Origin: Nageia nagi
Taxonomy: Eukaryota > Plantae > Pinophyta
Assembly: GCA_050084985.1 (NCBI GenBank)
Contig: JBITNC010000001.1
Location: forward strand, 53,754,001 to 53,818,000
Direction: 5' to 3'
Length of the DNA: 64,000 bases
In this document: in pieces, positions 1 through 13,799 of the stretch
Layout of the letters: each line of letters starts with the position of its first letter
Position numbering within the stretch: the stretch's first letter is position 1
The notes under the pieces: generated by a model
The model's input: only the letters and a program-made list of their open reading frames with translations
What the model was told of the DNA's origin: nothing
Databases searched by the model: none
Program-made: the position numbers and the translations under genes

Positions 1-2649
1 ATGCGAGAAGGTAAACTAATTTGCTATCATTCTGAAAAGTTTAGTGGGGCTATTTTGAATTATCCTACTTATGATAAGGAAATGTATGCATTGGTTCAAG
101 CTATTAAAAAGTGGAAACATTACTTAAGGGGAAAAGAACCAATCATTCATACTGATCATCAATCATTAAAGTATTTGTAAACTTAATCAAAACTACACCA
201 AACTAGACATTATATATGGATGAGTTTTTTGCAACAATTTCTTCTAGTGATCAAGTATAAGAAAGGAACACAAAATAAAATTATTGACATGCTTTCTAGA
301 CCACTTGTAACTATAGATTCCATGCAATTAGAGGCATGTAGTACTAATTATGGCCAATAGTGACATGCAAATAGGGTCTAGTGAGTTCCCTCTTAATGCT
401 AAAATATCTTCCCTTTTTGTCTGAATCATTTTCAAAGGCATATGTGTAGGATCCAGACTTCAGAGAGGTGTATGAGTAGTTGTATTCATCTAGTTCTAAG
501 TATGAAGCTTTATATGAATTTGATTTGCAAAATGGACTTCTTTATCATTTAATGCATTATGTGTCCTTGTAGTTGAAAGGATTGGAATGATTAGAGAACC
601 ACATGCTTCAAAGATTGCAGGACATTTTGGGGTTGGAAAGACATTGTACAATTTACAAAGATATGTATATTGGTCAAAGATGCATGATAAAGTTTCCAAG
701 TACATAAAGGGGTGTTCTTTATGTTGCACTAGCAAGCCAAGTAATAGGACATTGGATTTGTATCAGCCACTTCTAGTACCTTCACATCCATGGGAGTGTA
801 TCTCAATGGATTTTATGGGAGGATTGCCTATGACTAAGAAGGTTCATGACTATTTATTTGTTATTATGGATATATTTAGTAAGATGTGTGTTTTGATTCC
901 ATGTAAAAAGACTATAATAGAATAAGATGCTGCAAATTTATTCTTTTCTCATGTTTGGGTTCATTTTGGATTGCCTAATTACATTATTTCATATAGAGAT
1001 AGTAGATTTTTGGGCATGTTTTGGACATGTTTATGGGAAAATATGGATAAAAAGTTGAATAGGAGTACTGCCTTTCATTCTCAAATGGATGGAAAAATTG
1101 AGGTGGTGAATAGGATAGTAGTTCAACTCTTGAGGGGCTATTGTGGCAAACATCCTAAGTCTTGGGATGAACATCTTCAATATATTCAACATGCATATAA
1201 TAGGGCAATTCATTCTTCCATTAATAAGATTCCTTTTGAGACTTGTTTTGGTTATTTACCACCTTCATCTTTTGATTGTGTGTTTGGGTAGCAAAAGGAT
1301 GAAGAGGATTCACTTGAGAAAGAGGAAAAGCAAGCTAAAATTTTGTTGAAATATTAGTCAAATTCATTTGAAAGTCCAAGAGCAACTTGAGACAAGCCAA
1401 GCCAAGTACAAGATGAGATATGATAAACATAGAGTTGACCATACATTTCATGTGGGAGACCATGCTTGTTGCATCTTAGTAAGGAGAGGTTGTAAGGACC
1501 AACCAAGAAGTTGAAACCTATAAGGTATGGACCATTTGAGATTATGGAGCAAGTAAGTGAGAATGCATTTAAATTGAACCTTCCAAAATATATGAACATT
1601 TATTCAGTTGTGAATGTTGATCATTTGGAATTATATGAGCCATCTATATTGACTAAATATGAGTAGGTTCAAATCAAATTTTCCTATCTATTAATGACTT
1701 AGCTCCTAACACTATGGATGAACTCAAGGAGGATTCCATATTACAAAGGAAGGTTTGTGTTACAAGGAGAGGTGAGAGAAAGCTGTGGTTGGTTGGATTA
1801 AAAGGATAGAAGCCTACTAAATCCAAGTGGATGGATAGGTCTAGATTTAGGGTGTTGTATCCTCATTTATGCATTTATGGGACCAAATGCTTCTCCATTA
1901 GGGAAGTGTGATCCGAATTGGATCATGTGTCAGGTTATCTTTTTAGGAGCAATACTCATTCCAGAGTTATATGTGCTTAGAGATAAAATGAAGAACTAAA
2001 TTTGGATTTTTTTGGCATTTAATTTTATGCTACAAGTGGCATGCAAAAATCTAAATCTAGGTCACTAGCGACATGCAATTTGATGAGTCAGTAGTGGGAT
2101 TCGAAGGGACATTGACGTGTTGGGTAGCAAAACTATTTCATATTCCATAATCAATGTCAAGAAGGCATTTCTAAGGTAATTTGAGGCTTATTAAAAGTAA
2201 TTACACCCCCTTTGAATTCTCAATGAATGGGAGTTTTGAGAGTTTGTAGATTTTGGGATTGTAGGATTTGAAGGAAGGCCAAGAGTCATTACAAAGTTTT
2301 GTAGTTTTGAGATTGTATTTTTTCTCTTACTATAGAAGATTATAGTAATTATAGGAGATTATATTTCCATTATTTTGATGGGATTTCTCTATGCATTTAA
2401 TATTGTAATTTCTATAGACAATGAGAAGAGAAGGCTCCAATTCCATGCTAGATTAGCCCACATTATGTGAACCAGGGTAAATCATTATGTTGATCTTGTT
2501 ATGTGTTTGATATTGATAGTTTATGATTTATATTATGCAATTGTCAAATTTATATGCAATTATGTATGATATCATAATAGTTAACTATTTTCATTTGAAT
2601 TTGTAAGTGAGGATCCAAGTATGCTATAAGCATCGATGATTACAGATCA
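1..2649 (+). mobile_element. Ty3/gypsy (chromovirus-type) LTR retrotransposon, 3' part: RNase H, integrase, PPT, 3' LTR; degenerate
   Basis: Nt 1 onward reads [42 protein letters not shown] (RNase H). The integrase shows HFGVGKT...CSLC, WECISMDF, TAFHSQMDGKIEVVNR and RYGPFEI. The purine tract AGGGAAG (~1900-1906) precedes TGATC. Confidence 0.93.
1909..2649 (+). repeat. 3' LTR (~740 bp) of the first gypsy element
   Basis: Starts TGATC after the PPT and ends GATTACAGATCA. Internal and terminal motifs recur in reverse complement at 17564-17740. Another element's protease region resumes right after it. Confidence 0.8.
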
Positions 2650-5600
2650 TCTTGGAACCCTAATAATATCTATTTCTATTGGTACCATTCAAATTATTAA
2701 TGTTATAATTGATTTAGTAATAGCTATTAATGTTATGAAATATGAAATATCAAATAAGTTGGATATACAAGATATTTCTAATGGGTCTATAGCTAGGCCT
2801 ATAGGAATGGTAGAAGATGTGCCTATTGTAGTATGATACTAGGAGTATACAATTGATTTTCTCATTTTGCAACCTAAGACATCTCATTTAGGATATCCAT
2901 TAATATTGGGTAGACCATGGTTGGCCATTGTAGTAGCTTTCATAGATTTTTTATTAGGGTATATGACCATCTTAGATGGGTCAAAATATAAGAAGCTCTC
3001 TTTTGATCCTCTTGCATAGCCTTCTCTACCTTTTTTATGGAATCTTTGGATTAACCACCATGAAGAACAAGATTTTTTTGCTAATCTGATACCATACTTA
3101 GTTAAAGAACATGTGGAGGAACTTAAAGTAAATTCTAATTTTATACATATAGATGCCCAAGATGATGAGCAATCTTACACATCAATTCAGGAAGCTATTT
3201 TTCGTGTATCGCATACTAAGCATACTCATTTACTATCTTTGTTTTGGTCTCCTTTAGTCATAATATTCCTATAGAAATATTTATAGAGAAAGAGTCAAGA
3301 TGTATTCAGTATTTACTTCCACATCGATGTCTCTTGAATTCTTTAGTTAAACCAATCACACAATTGAACTCCATAAAGAAGGAGAAAAATAATTAGAAGT
3401 TCAACTAGGTAGGACTTTGAATATCAATAGTTGGTTGACTAATGAATAGGAACAACAATTGTAGAATGTGTTACAAGCTCTTATATAGGCTTTTGCTTGG
3501 GACTATATTGATGTGGAAGGAATTCATCATTCCATATGCACTCATCACATCTATATGGATGATTATCAACTTGTCAACCAGCCTCCTTAGAGAATAAATC
3601 CTACTTTGAGGGATATTGTTAATACTAAGATTGAAAATCTGTTAGAAGTGGCATTCATTTACCCAATATCTAATAGTTAGTGGGTATCACCTTTGGTAAT
3701 TATTTCCAAGAAAAATGGGAGGGTATGTATAGATTATCATGAGCTCAATAAAGCTACTCATAGGGATCATTTTCCATTACCCTTTATTGATCAGGTTTTA
3801 GATAGTTTGGTAGGTAAAAAGTATTTCTCTTTTCTTGATGGATTTAATGGGTACAATTAGATTATAATTGTAGAAGAAGACCAAGAGAAAATAATGTTTA
3901 CTTATCTTTGGGAACATTTGCTTACAAGTGCCTTTTGGACTCTGCAATGTACCAACTACATTTTAGCATGTTGTATTGGCTTATCTTTTCAAATCTGACC
4001 AATGAATGCATGGAGGTTTATATGGATGATTTCATAGCCTATGGAGATAGTTTTGAAGGTCTTAGCTCATTTGAGACTCATAATTTATCTTTGAGTCATG
4101 AAAAATGCTTTATGATGACATAGGAAGGAGTTATTTTAGGACTTTATGTCTCTACACAAGGGATCAAAGTTGATCCACATAAGATTGAGATCATCAAAAA
4201 TTTATCATAACCTGAGAATCAAACTGATGTACATAGTTTCCTTGGTTATGCAGGATATTACAAGTAGTTTATTGTTAATTTAGTAAGATAGTTGTCCCAT
4301 TGTTTACATTGATAACTAAGAATATTATTTTTAAATGGATACCAAAATATGAGATTACTTTTAATTAGTTTAAAGAGACTCATGACAACCCTAGTATTAA
4401 GAGGTCCAAACTGGAAGCTTCCATTTCATATTCATATTGATGCTTATAACAATGCTATTGGGGTTGTTCTAGGATAGGAGATGAAGATAAATCACATTAT
4501 GTTATATAATACATTAGCAAAAATCTTATTATTGCAAAGAGAAACTACACTACTAGTGAGTAGGAATTTTTAGTTGTGGTGGATGCTATAAACAAGTTCT
4601 ACCATTACATCCAATTACCAAGTCTTTGTTCACATCTGATCATGCTGCAATTCACTATCTCATGAATAAAACTATGACTAATCATGCTACAATTTGCTAT
4701 CTCATGAATATAACTATGATAAGTGTAAGAATAATTAGATGGTTATTGCTCCTCTAGGAATTTAATGTCACCATACTTGATAAACCTAGTAAAGCAAACA
4801 TGGTGGCTGGTTATCTTTCTAGACTTATTGTGGGATAGGATAATGAACTTGTTGAAGATACTTTTCCAGATGAGCACTTTTTTGCTATATTAGTAAATAC
4901 ACCTTGGTTTACTAATTTTTGCTAATTATTAGGCCATAGGAAGAATTCCTCCTAAATTCACTACCAAGGAGAGAAAGAAGTTGATTACACAAGCATGTCT
5001 TACAAATGGTTGAATGGTTTTCTATTTAAAGGGGACCTAATAATGTTTTACATAGGTATGTTAAAGATGATGAATTATTTGATATTATTAGAGCTTGTCA
5101 TGATGAACCAAGGGATGGAATTAATCCATAGATTGTACAATCCATAAGGTTTTAGGGTTGGTTACTTTTGGCCAAATTTTCATAGAGATGTAAGATGATA
5201 TATTATACAATATGATTAATATCAATGAGTTTGGTAAACCTACTACTACAACAAAGATGTCGTTAAAACCACAAGTTATGGTGGAACCCTTCAAATAATG
5301 GGGTTTGGATTTTGTTGGACCCATTGACCCACCTTCCCAAGGTAAGCACCACATTTTAGTTAGCATGATTATGTTATTAAGTGGGTGGAAGTGTGTGCTT
5401 TACCATAGGCTAAGGAGGAAAGAGTTGCTAAATTTTTTACAACAACATCATGTAATGATTTGGAGCCCCTAGAAGTGTGGTTTCTTATAAAGGTCCATAA
5501 TTCATGTCTAAAATGATTCATCATTTTATGAGTTTACCATATCTAACATAAAAAGACTTCCCCCTATCATCCACAAGCCAATGGACATGTGGAAGCACCA

Positions 5601-6145
5601 ATTCCAAATTAGAGAATATCCTAACCAACGTGATTGCTACTCATCAAAGGAATTAGGTAGCAAGACTTCTGAAGTAGTATGGTACTATAACATCACTTGG
5701 ATATCCATAACTAGTTTCACCCTATAGAGTTGGTATTTGGAAAGAAACCTATTCTACCAATTGAATTTGAGCTCTAGATGACTTGCATAACTACTAAGGT
5801 TGGCATTAACTTATCACAAGCATAACAGATGGGAATTGAACATTATTTGAAATTAATGCATTAGATGAATATCAACTTGAAGCATTACATAACATAGAAC
5901 TTATACAAAAATAGTGCAAGCTATGGTATGATATGCATATCAAGTCTAGATAATTTCAAGTTGGAGAGTGGGCATTATTATATGATTAGTGATATCAAGA
6001 ACACAAAGGTAAACTCAGAACCTAATGGTTAGGATATCACCAAATTTAACAGGTCTTTCAAAATGGTATAGTTTGACTCATTCCTATTCATAATTTGAGT
6101 TAAGTAATGTTAGTCAATGGCCATCATTTGAAGATCTATCATATG
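2650..6145 (+). pseudogene. Athila-like pol pseudogene (protease, RT, RNase H, integrase)
   Basis: Motifs: ILGRPWL; WVSPLV; RDHFPLPFIDQVL; FLDGFNGY; EVYMDDF; RNYTTSE.EF; WGLDFVGPI; PYHPQANG; NGHHLKIY. Many stops and frameshifts. Confidence 0.92.
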
Positions 6146-7536
6146 CCAATGATAAATTTAGAATTTATCAAATAGGTGATACAACATGATCTTCATATGC
6201 TCATTGCAAACAAAGATGCATTTCTATTGAAGGAGGATATTTTATCCTCCTTAAATAGACAAACTTGATCATCTTTTGAATTTTCATTAATAAAATTGGT
6301 TCTTTGAACCAAAATAGAACATGGGTGAAAACATGTTCCATTTGCATTCATTGAATAAAAACCAAGAAATTGACATTCAAGTGGTTGAAAACCAGGGTAA
6401 TAGGTAGTCATGATTTGTATTTCATTAAAAAAAATCATACTAGCAATACTTTGAATGAAAACTAAGAAACTAGCATTCAAGTGGATGAAAACCAAGATAA
6501 TTGGTCATCATGAAGGTACAAATTGGTTTTTTCGATAGTTCCATGGGTGAAAACTAGTTTTGACATCGACTATTACTTCAATTTTGTCATTCCTCAAAGC
6601 CAATCCCTGCTCATATTTCAGGTATGCATTTCTATAGTTTCATATTAATATTCATATTACCTAAATACTAGTGTTATATGTCTATACTTAGGTAGTTTAT
6701 ATCATTTGGGAACTTTCCATTTGCCTTCCTCCATATCGAACTTGTAGCTTTTGCATGCGATATGCAAATATTCAAGTGTGGGGGAAAGTTCATACATGGT
6801 TTGGAAAGAAAGTATTTCCAATAGAGATTGAAAAATAAGAAGAATGGTTTATCATTTTAAGATTGATCCTACTATTACAATGATGATTGATAAATGAAAT
6901 AGCAGTTTGTACTAAAGAACATAAATGCTCATTCTAGTGTGCATTTGATTATCGATTGTGTTGCATTATTACAATTTTCTGATATTATAATTTGTGTTGC
7001 ATTACCAATTATAGCTTACATTGAATTACTTTCTACTTCCTTGAAGTAGCATTTCATTGAAGGATTTCTCTTACATTGTATACTCACATGGTGCGACAAT
7101 CATGATTCCAAAGACCAACTTCAATGCAAATTCATTTTAGCATGAATTCATCTCAATGTAAACATTAAAAAAATGAAAAAAATTCAATGTAAATTTATTT
7201 CTATGCACAAAAAAAAAAACTTTAGTGCACACGATGAATTTACATGTCAACCTATCAACGTTCATGGATGCAATATTTAAAGGAACCTAATGCACACTTT
7301 AGCGTATGATGACTTCAGTGCATGTTACCATATACCACACATGGCCACTTAACAATGATAAGGTTAAATGATGTTGACACATACCTATCACCCACCTAGT
7401 TGACACATATCCTCCTCTATTTTTTAAAAAGTGGACATGGTAATAATGATGGCTATTATGGGAGGTATTATTGATACTTTTGGAAATCCCTTTTGGATGC
7501 CTACTTGATAGGTGATCCTACTAACATCCAAATGAC

Positions 7537-8273
7537 ATGAAGTGGTGCCAAAAACACTTGGGAACCTCTTTCTATTGAAGAACTTGATGATAACTAGGAA
7601 GTTGTTGCATATTTCCAGCAGATGAGATGGATGACTTTATATGCAATTTTGAGGCTATGATATCACTATGGTAGAAAATTTACCATGATTTTGTGTAATG
7701 ATATTATAGCCATTATTTTAAAGGATACCCATTCCTATGTCTATCTACATCCTTAATCACATTTTTAGCATTCCAAAAATCGATGAGGTAGTTAGAGGAA
7801 GAGCCTGAATTCTTGAACTATTATCCCAATTCCATCCTTATGGGGAACAACATGCATAAATTATACAAGGGAAGTAATATCATTTGAGGAGTGGATAGAA
7901 CAACCCTCCCTAGACCTTGGGATTGTATAGCTAAGTGGGTTATGCATTATTTCATATATGACAAAAATTATGTAGCTACTATAGGTAACACCTCAAGATA
8001 CTATCATACTTATGAAATGGGAACAAGTATAGAGTAAACCTCCTATAATTTATTTTCCAAAGCTTGAAGCATATGGTAGAAGTGCATCAATGCTTCAATT
8101 TAATACTTCAACACCATAGGTTAATAACCCTAATCTATAAGGAGACTATCTTGGCCTTAGAGAATGGAGCAAAAACATGGGGTTTAATTACTAGAATTGA
8201 AGTTATACCTAGGGCACAAATGAAACCTAAACTTATAGAAGATGAAGGGTCAATGAAGAAGAGATTCCACTAG
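7537..8273 (+). pseudogene. Accessory ORF 1 of the Athila-like element (env position, function unknown), degenerate
   Basis: Reads SGAKNTWEPLSIEELDDN*EVVAYFQQMRW...GYD...GVDRTTLPRPWDCIAKWVMHYF...HLKILSYL...RVNL...SLKHM...HHRLITLIY across frameshifts. The same motif order occurs at 51.9-52.5 kb. Confidence 0.7.
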
Positions 8274-9529
8274 TAGAGAATTTTAGGAGCTAAATGCTGA
8301 AGAGCCATTGGCTTCTATGATGCCAAGGGATGAAGAAAATTTGAGGTATCTAGAAGGCAGCTCTTTAGTACCTATGGTTGAAGAAGTCCAGGGCCATAAA
8401 CCATTTTAGGAAGGAAGGAAAGAGGCACTATTGATTGGTATAGTGTAACCTCAAAGGGTTTGGTCTAGTTGTGTTCTCCACTTCCTGCAATAGTAGGTTC
8501 CTTGAGAGAGCAGAAGGTGGTGGGAATGTGCTCGTGATTGATTTTCTACTCAATCTTCATATTATAGGCCAATTCCTATCTATTATGAAGGTTTAAAGTA
8601 ATAGGAAAGAAATAGAAAGGTAAAGAGTTACAAGAAAGATATAAACAAATGAAGTAAAACTATAATTAAGAAATATACAACTCAACATTATAGCACAGGT
8701 AGCAATTCATAGATAAGATGAAGAATAGAAAGCTAGCTTACCCCTGGGTCTCACAATCACAATACATAGCCATAATTTTAAGAAAACATATCACATATAA
8801 TATCCATAAAAGCAATAACAACCACTTGTTGCAGGAGGGTAAAGCATTGTCTATTTGTATTATCATATGTGAAAGTATCTTACAAATCTAGGCAAATTTG
8901 CTAAAATGTTTGATCTTTTAATTTCTAACAATTTACCATTTATACATCTTTCTCCATTGTTGGGTGGTTGTATCTCATTAATATACATAATTACATATCT
9001 TGAATGTGGTTAGCAAAGAAAACTATTCACAATAAATACTACAACTATGTTAGATTACATAGTGAACAAGTACCAATAGCATGACTATCTAGGAATTTAT
9101 AATTTTTGAATAGTCATGTCCATAGAGCCATAATCCTTCTGACATGTCACTAATTGCTCCTTCTTAAAACTTGTAGTTGATTGAAAATGGCATTGTAGTT
9201 GATTGAATAAGTACTTATTTATAATTTGATAAGTACGATCTAGTACTATGCTCTATCGATACCTATCTACTTCTCTACAACTATTGATGATCCATAATAT
9301 AGTTATGAATGAACAGAGTAATAGGGATTTGTAAATAATATATCAACTTAATTCAAGAAGGAATTACCACTATTATGTGGAAATGAGTTGGATTCAACAC
9401 ATTAATAGGGCCTCAGGTTCAAACACTTAAGATCAAGTGGAGCTGGGTGTTACTTCTCTCCCATTACTCTTTCCTCGTTTGGTGGATCTTATTTCCTTTT
9501 TCTAGGATTTATTGATCTCTTCCAAGACC

Positions 9530-9880
9530 TATTGATTTTTTCCAAAAACTATGACATCATCGCTCAAAATTGGCAAGCTCTATTTGATATCTTCATGAAT
9601 CTTCACCTGCCATTACTTATTTTATGACATGTTGATTTTTACCAAAAATTATGATGTCATCACTTGAAATCAATAGGCTCTATTTGATATCTTCATGAAT
9701 CTTCACCTCCATTACTTATTTTGGGACCTTTGATTTTTGCCAAAAACTATGACATCACTTAAAATTGATGGGCTCTATTTGATATCTTCATAACTTCCCA
9801 CATTACTTATTTAGGACCTACTAAGTTTTACCTAAAAATATGATGTCATCCTTAAAATTGATAGGCTCTATTTGATATCT
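9530..9880. repeat. Tandem repeat, ~95-100 bp unit, ~3.5 copies
   Basis: The unit ttgattttt.ccaaaaactatgacatca...ggctctatttgatatcttcatgaatcttcacc..cattacttattt recurs at about 9531, 9630, 9728 and 9821. Confidence 0.9.
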
Positions 9881-9886
9881 TGGACC

Positions 9887-9985
9887 TGTATTTACACAAC
9901 TCTCAAACACTTTGTATTTACATAACTCCTAAACACTTTTATTTACATAACTCCTATACACTTTGTATTTACACAACTCCTAGAC
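9887..9985. repeat. Tandem repeat, ~25-26 bp unit, 4 copies
   Basis: tgtatttaca(c/t)aactcctaaacactt repeated head to tail. Confidence 0.9.
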
Positions 9986-10329
9986 AATTTGTTAAGAATT
10001 TTACAAGGTAAGATATATAAGACAAAGACTTGCTTATATAATAGCTAAATTATATATACAACAGTTGGTTGCTAATAACTCTCAAAATTCTTCAGATTAA
10101 GGGCTTATAGTAAATTTGTATTTTATGTCAAAGGGAATAGAATTAGTACAGAAAGAATTTGTGAAAAGAATGATAATGCATTACCCTAATTAAGTGTGAT
10201 TTTGAAGGAATACAGGCACCAAGAGAAGAACATCAAGAAGAAAAGCATAAGGATTCATTGGTTCTAGGGTTTCTTTGGCACCATTAAAAGTCAAAGAAAC
10301 TCCAAGTTCATCTACCCTAATTAATGAAA

Positions 10330-12135
10330 AAGAATAGAAATATCATAAATGACTATAGGAGACTCAAGGAGTCAAGGTAAATGATGTGGGACTAGAAACA
10401 TAAGTCCCTAAAACTTAATTATGAAGGGACAAGCACACAAAGGTGAGTTCAAACCCTTTATCCCCAATTTGTGAAGAAATCTCAATTCATGAAGAGAATT
10501 TATAAGGGATAAACTAGGGGAAATGGTAGATATATAACTCAAATGAACCAGGTAAGAACATCATAAGAATAATTTTAGAAGCCCCCATATCCTGATGTTC
10601 TAGAGGAAAATATGCTTGTACAAACACAACTAGACTAGTTAATGGGATGAAATAAGGAGTTAAAGGGATTGAATGCTTAGTTGCAAAAGGAGTTGGAGAA
10701 AAATGAAAAGAAAATCATGGAGCTTTGTAACACTAAAGGAGTCATTGAAAAAAGAATTAAATAAAAGGTAACTAAAATAGAACTAGAGAAGCTAGGTCAA
10801 AACCCTAACCTTGATGAAGCAATGGAACAACTAGTAGAAGCTTAGGAAAAATAATAAATGGCTAAACCATCACTAGAAGATCAAGTAAATTATTCTAAAT
10901 ATTTGTTTGATCAAAATATTAAGTTATTTAAGGAAATTGTAAAGAGAATTATTGAATCAGAATTAGAAGATAGTGTAAAGAAAATTAATCAAATGGAGGA
11001 GGAAATGGAATGGTTGAAAATAGAACTTATGGACACCCAAGCAAAAAATAGAAAACTGAGATAGCAAGAAGATAAGTTGATTAGAGAATTGAAATAAGCT
11101 TATATGTAGCTAAAATTTGAGTCTAAAAATTAAGGAAGGTAGAGCATCTATCTTGACTAGTGTTCCATCATTACCTCATTGAAGAAGTAAGGCATAAAGT
11201 AGAAAAGGAAAGGTATGAAATGGAAGTAAGTATAGCAAGGAAGGACATTTAGATTGCATGTGAGTATCTAAAAATCTATCTCAAACTAAGGTTCCCTCCA
11301 AGATGTATATTTTATATCAAAAACAAAGATACTTCTCCTGGTAGCTACAATGGATAAAGAATCAACAACCCTAGTTTCTCTAGAATCCAAGTGAATTTGT
11401 ACAATCATACATGGAATTTCTAAAGAGGATAAAAACTTCCTCTTTGAACTATTTGTACATGGATTCATGATAAGTGAAGAAACCACTTTCTTCCCTAATA
11501 TATTTATTGAAGTACAACTCAAAGCATTTATGTCTATTTTGGTAAATCAAATTAAGTGGTATCTTAAACTTCAACATTTTCAACAAAAAGAAATCATTAA
11601 TGAATTCCTTGTGAGAATGGAGGATGTTCAACATATAATATTCATACTTTGTTCATACCAATACCTCATTAGCCTCTAATTAAACATACATACATGCATA
11701 CCATGCAAAACTACCTCCAAGAGTGTAAGTCAAAAAATGAAAAATATTTTCCTAATGCATTATCAGGATGTCAGATGAGATACAGTTACATAAAAGGAAG
11801 CATAATAAAATAGAAGTCATTTTCCTATGAACTTAAATGGAGTGAGAAAAGGGCCTTCATAATCATCAACATTATAGAGAAAATTTTCTTAAATGGATTG
11901 AGATGCGATTCATACCATCATCAATTATTTATCTGGCAACATTTTGGTTTGAGGAGGAAGAACAAGATCCCTTAAATTTGAAAAATGAAGGCAAGAGGTT
12001 ACTAGATACATGGAAGTGTAGCACCCATACCACTACCACAAAGAGCTCCAAACCTAGGATATGAGTGGTGCATCAGACTAGCCATTGAGCCTTATGATCT
12101 TAGTAGCAAATTGGAAAGACATTTGGGAAATAGTT
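10330..12135 (+). pseudogene. Accessory ORF 2 (or continuation) of the Athila-like element, with a coiled-coil-like region; degenerate
   Basis: E/K-rich heptad-like ORF pieces (10858-11064, ...VKKINQMEEEMEWLKIELMDTQAKNRKLR) and a purine-rich coding bias up to the second PPT. Confidence 0.5.
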
Positions 12136-12183
12136 AAGAAGTTCTATTGTTGTAGGAGAAACAAGGTTCAAGTGTGAGGGAAA

Positions 12184-13799
12184 TGATGAGATAAACTATT
12201 ACTCCCAATTTTGATATAAATGGCTATTGTATAGATATTTTGGTACTATGAATGAATGGCTTAATGTGTTTATTTTTCTTAACTAAATAGAAATATATGC
12301 TTGATAAGTGTTTAGTGTTTACTATGTTATGATGAATATTTTTTTATTTTTTTATTCCAAATACTACTAAATTACTTACAAATGAATTTCATTGAAATTT
12401 TAGTGTATTTCTCTAAGCTGTTGCATTAAAAAACTTCAATGCAATAGTTAGAGTAATTACACTGATGAAATTCTAGTTGTGTGATAGAATAAAAGGGGTG
12501 CATATATACACTTGCACTCAGTCATGTGTTGATTGTATTCAATATGCACTGCAATCATGTGTGCATTGCATTATGTGTGCAATGTAGTCATGTGTGTGCT
12601 ACAATCATGTGTACATTATAATCATGTGTGCACTATAGTCATGTATGCACTGCAATCATGTGTGTGCTACAATCATGTGTGCAATGTAGTTAGTATGCGT
12701 TCTAGTCATATGTGCATTGTAGTAACACACATGTTGAAGTGAGGATGATTTAAAAAGTGAATTAAGGAAAGTGAGAGGAGATATTTCAAGATGTCAACAT
12801 GGCCTTGTTAATAATCATGAAGGGAGAAGATTCAGATAATACACTACATGTGTCTTATGGTCCCCAAGACACGTGGAACTTTTTGATATCACTACGATTG
12901 AAAGAATGAGTCAAATGAGCTGATAAAGAGTATTTAGTGCATAACCTTAACATGTATTGAAAGATATATCTTAAGGATTCAAGAGTAACAAAGAGGCTTA
13001 ATCGAGATCTTTCTAATAGAGACATGAAAAAAGAACAACTATCTATAAGAAGAATGTTATCCTTATTTAGGAGATTAGAACTACCTAGGTATCAAATTGG
13101 TTAGAAATAGAATAGATCTCAATTTGATTTGATTGTAATAAAATTTGCTCCCATATTTTGTAACAAAGAACATTAAAAATAGAAGGAAGTTTAGCAAAAA
13201 GTAAATATAAGAGATACCTCTCTTTTTCAAAGGGGGTTGGTTGTTCTATAAGAAGAATTATTGTATTTTTTGATTTAAAGTATTATTAAATAAATCAAGT
13301 AGTTCATTTAAGTTTGGTATTTTAAGGGAACTCTATTGGTAACATAAGGGCCCACTTTACTAAAAGTGTCTATTTGTTTTTGTTTATGTTCTTGTGTGTG
13401 AATTTATTATAGTATATAGAAGTTGTGAGTGTGATTTCATTTACAATAAATGGTATTTTAAGTAGCAACAATAAAAATAAAAACCCAAAATAGTAGAATA
13501 ATTATTACTTTCATCTTTCCTTCCAATACATTTATTTATTGTATGCATTGGTTATAATATTTAAACTGGAATAGGGTTGTTTACCACATATATCCATAGA
13601 ACACTACCCAGATTTGATAATGTAATGAAGGTTCAATGCGGTTTTCTCAAATCTAATGAGAGGTAGTAAAAACTTCTTAAGTATTGGAATAAGATCTCTG
13701 AGCTAATTGGTCCCTTCATAATAATAGGTGAGATGTTCATTAGAGAGGGAGGTTAGTGAAAAACTTGGGAAAATCAAGAAACCTATATTTTACACAACA
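12184..13799 (+). repeat. 3' LTR (~1.6 kb) of the Athila-like element
   Basis: TGATG follows the PPT immediately. The end CAACA at 13795-13799 falls exactly where the minus-strand integrase of the next element is truncated. Confidence 0.7.
12510..12730. repeat. Minisatellite, ~17-19 bp unit (tgtgcactgcaatcatg-like), inside the LTR
   Basis: About a dozen degenerate head-to-tail copies are visible. Confidence 0.85.

Larger units (their letters stand above)
8444..10060. mobile_element. Probable solo LTR or non-coding insertion within the Athila accessory region
   Basis: Has TGTAAC...TATACA ends and flanks ATAG/ACAG (weak TSD). It is non-coding, contains tandem arrays and separates two purine-rich coding-like tracts. 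Confidence 0.45.
2650..13799 (+). mobile_element. Athila-like (non-chromovirus) Ty3/gypsy element; 5' end interrupted by the first element
   Basis: Contains pol remnants, then the PPT motif TTCAAGTGTG(G/A)GGGAAA twice (6771-6787 and 12167-12183) flanking accessory ORFs, then a TGATG...CAACA LTR. Confidence 0.8.

Noticed and set aside
9530-9985. Regularly spaced repeats resembling a CRISPR array
   Set aside because: The units are head-to-tail with no unique spacers, there are no cas genes, and the context is eukaryotic TE DNA.
12533-12742. Cys/His-rich 69-aa ORF
   Set aside because: It is the translation of a minisatellite inside an LTR.
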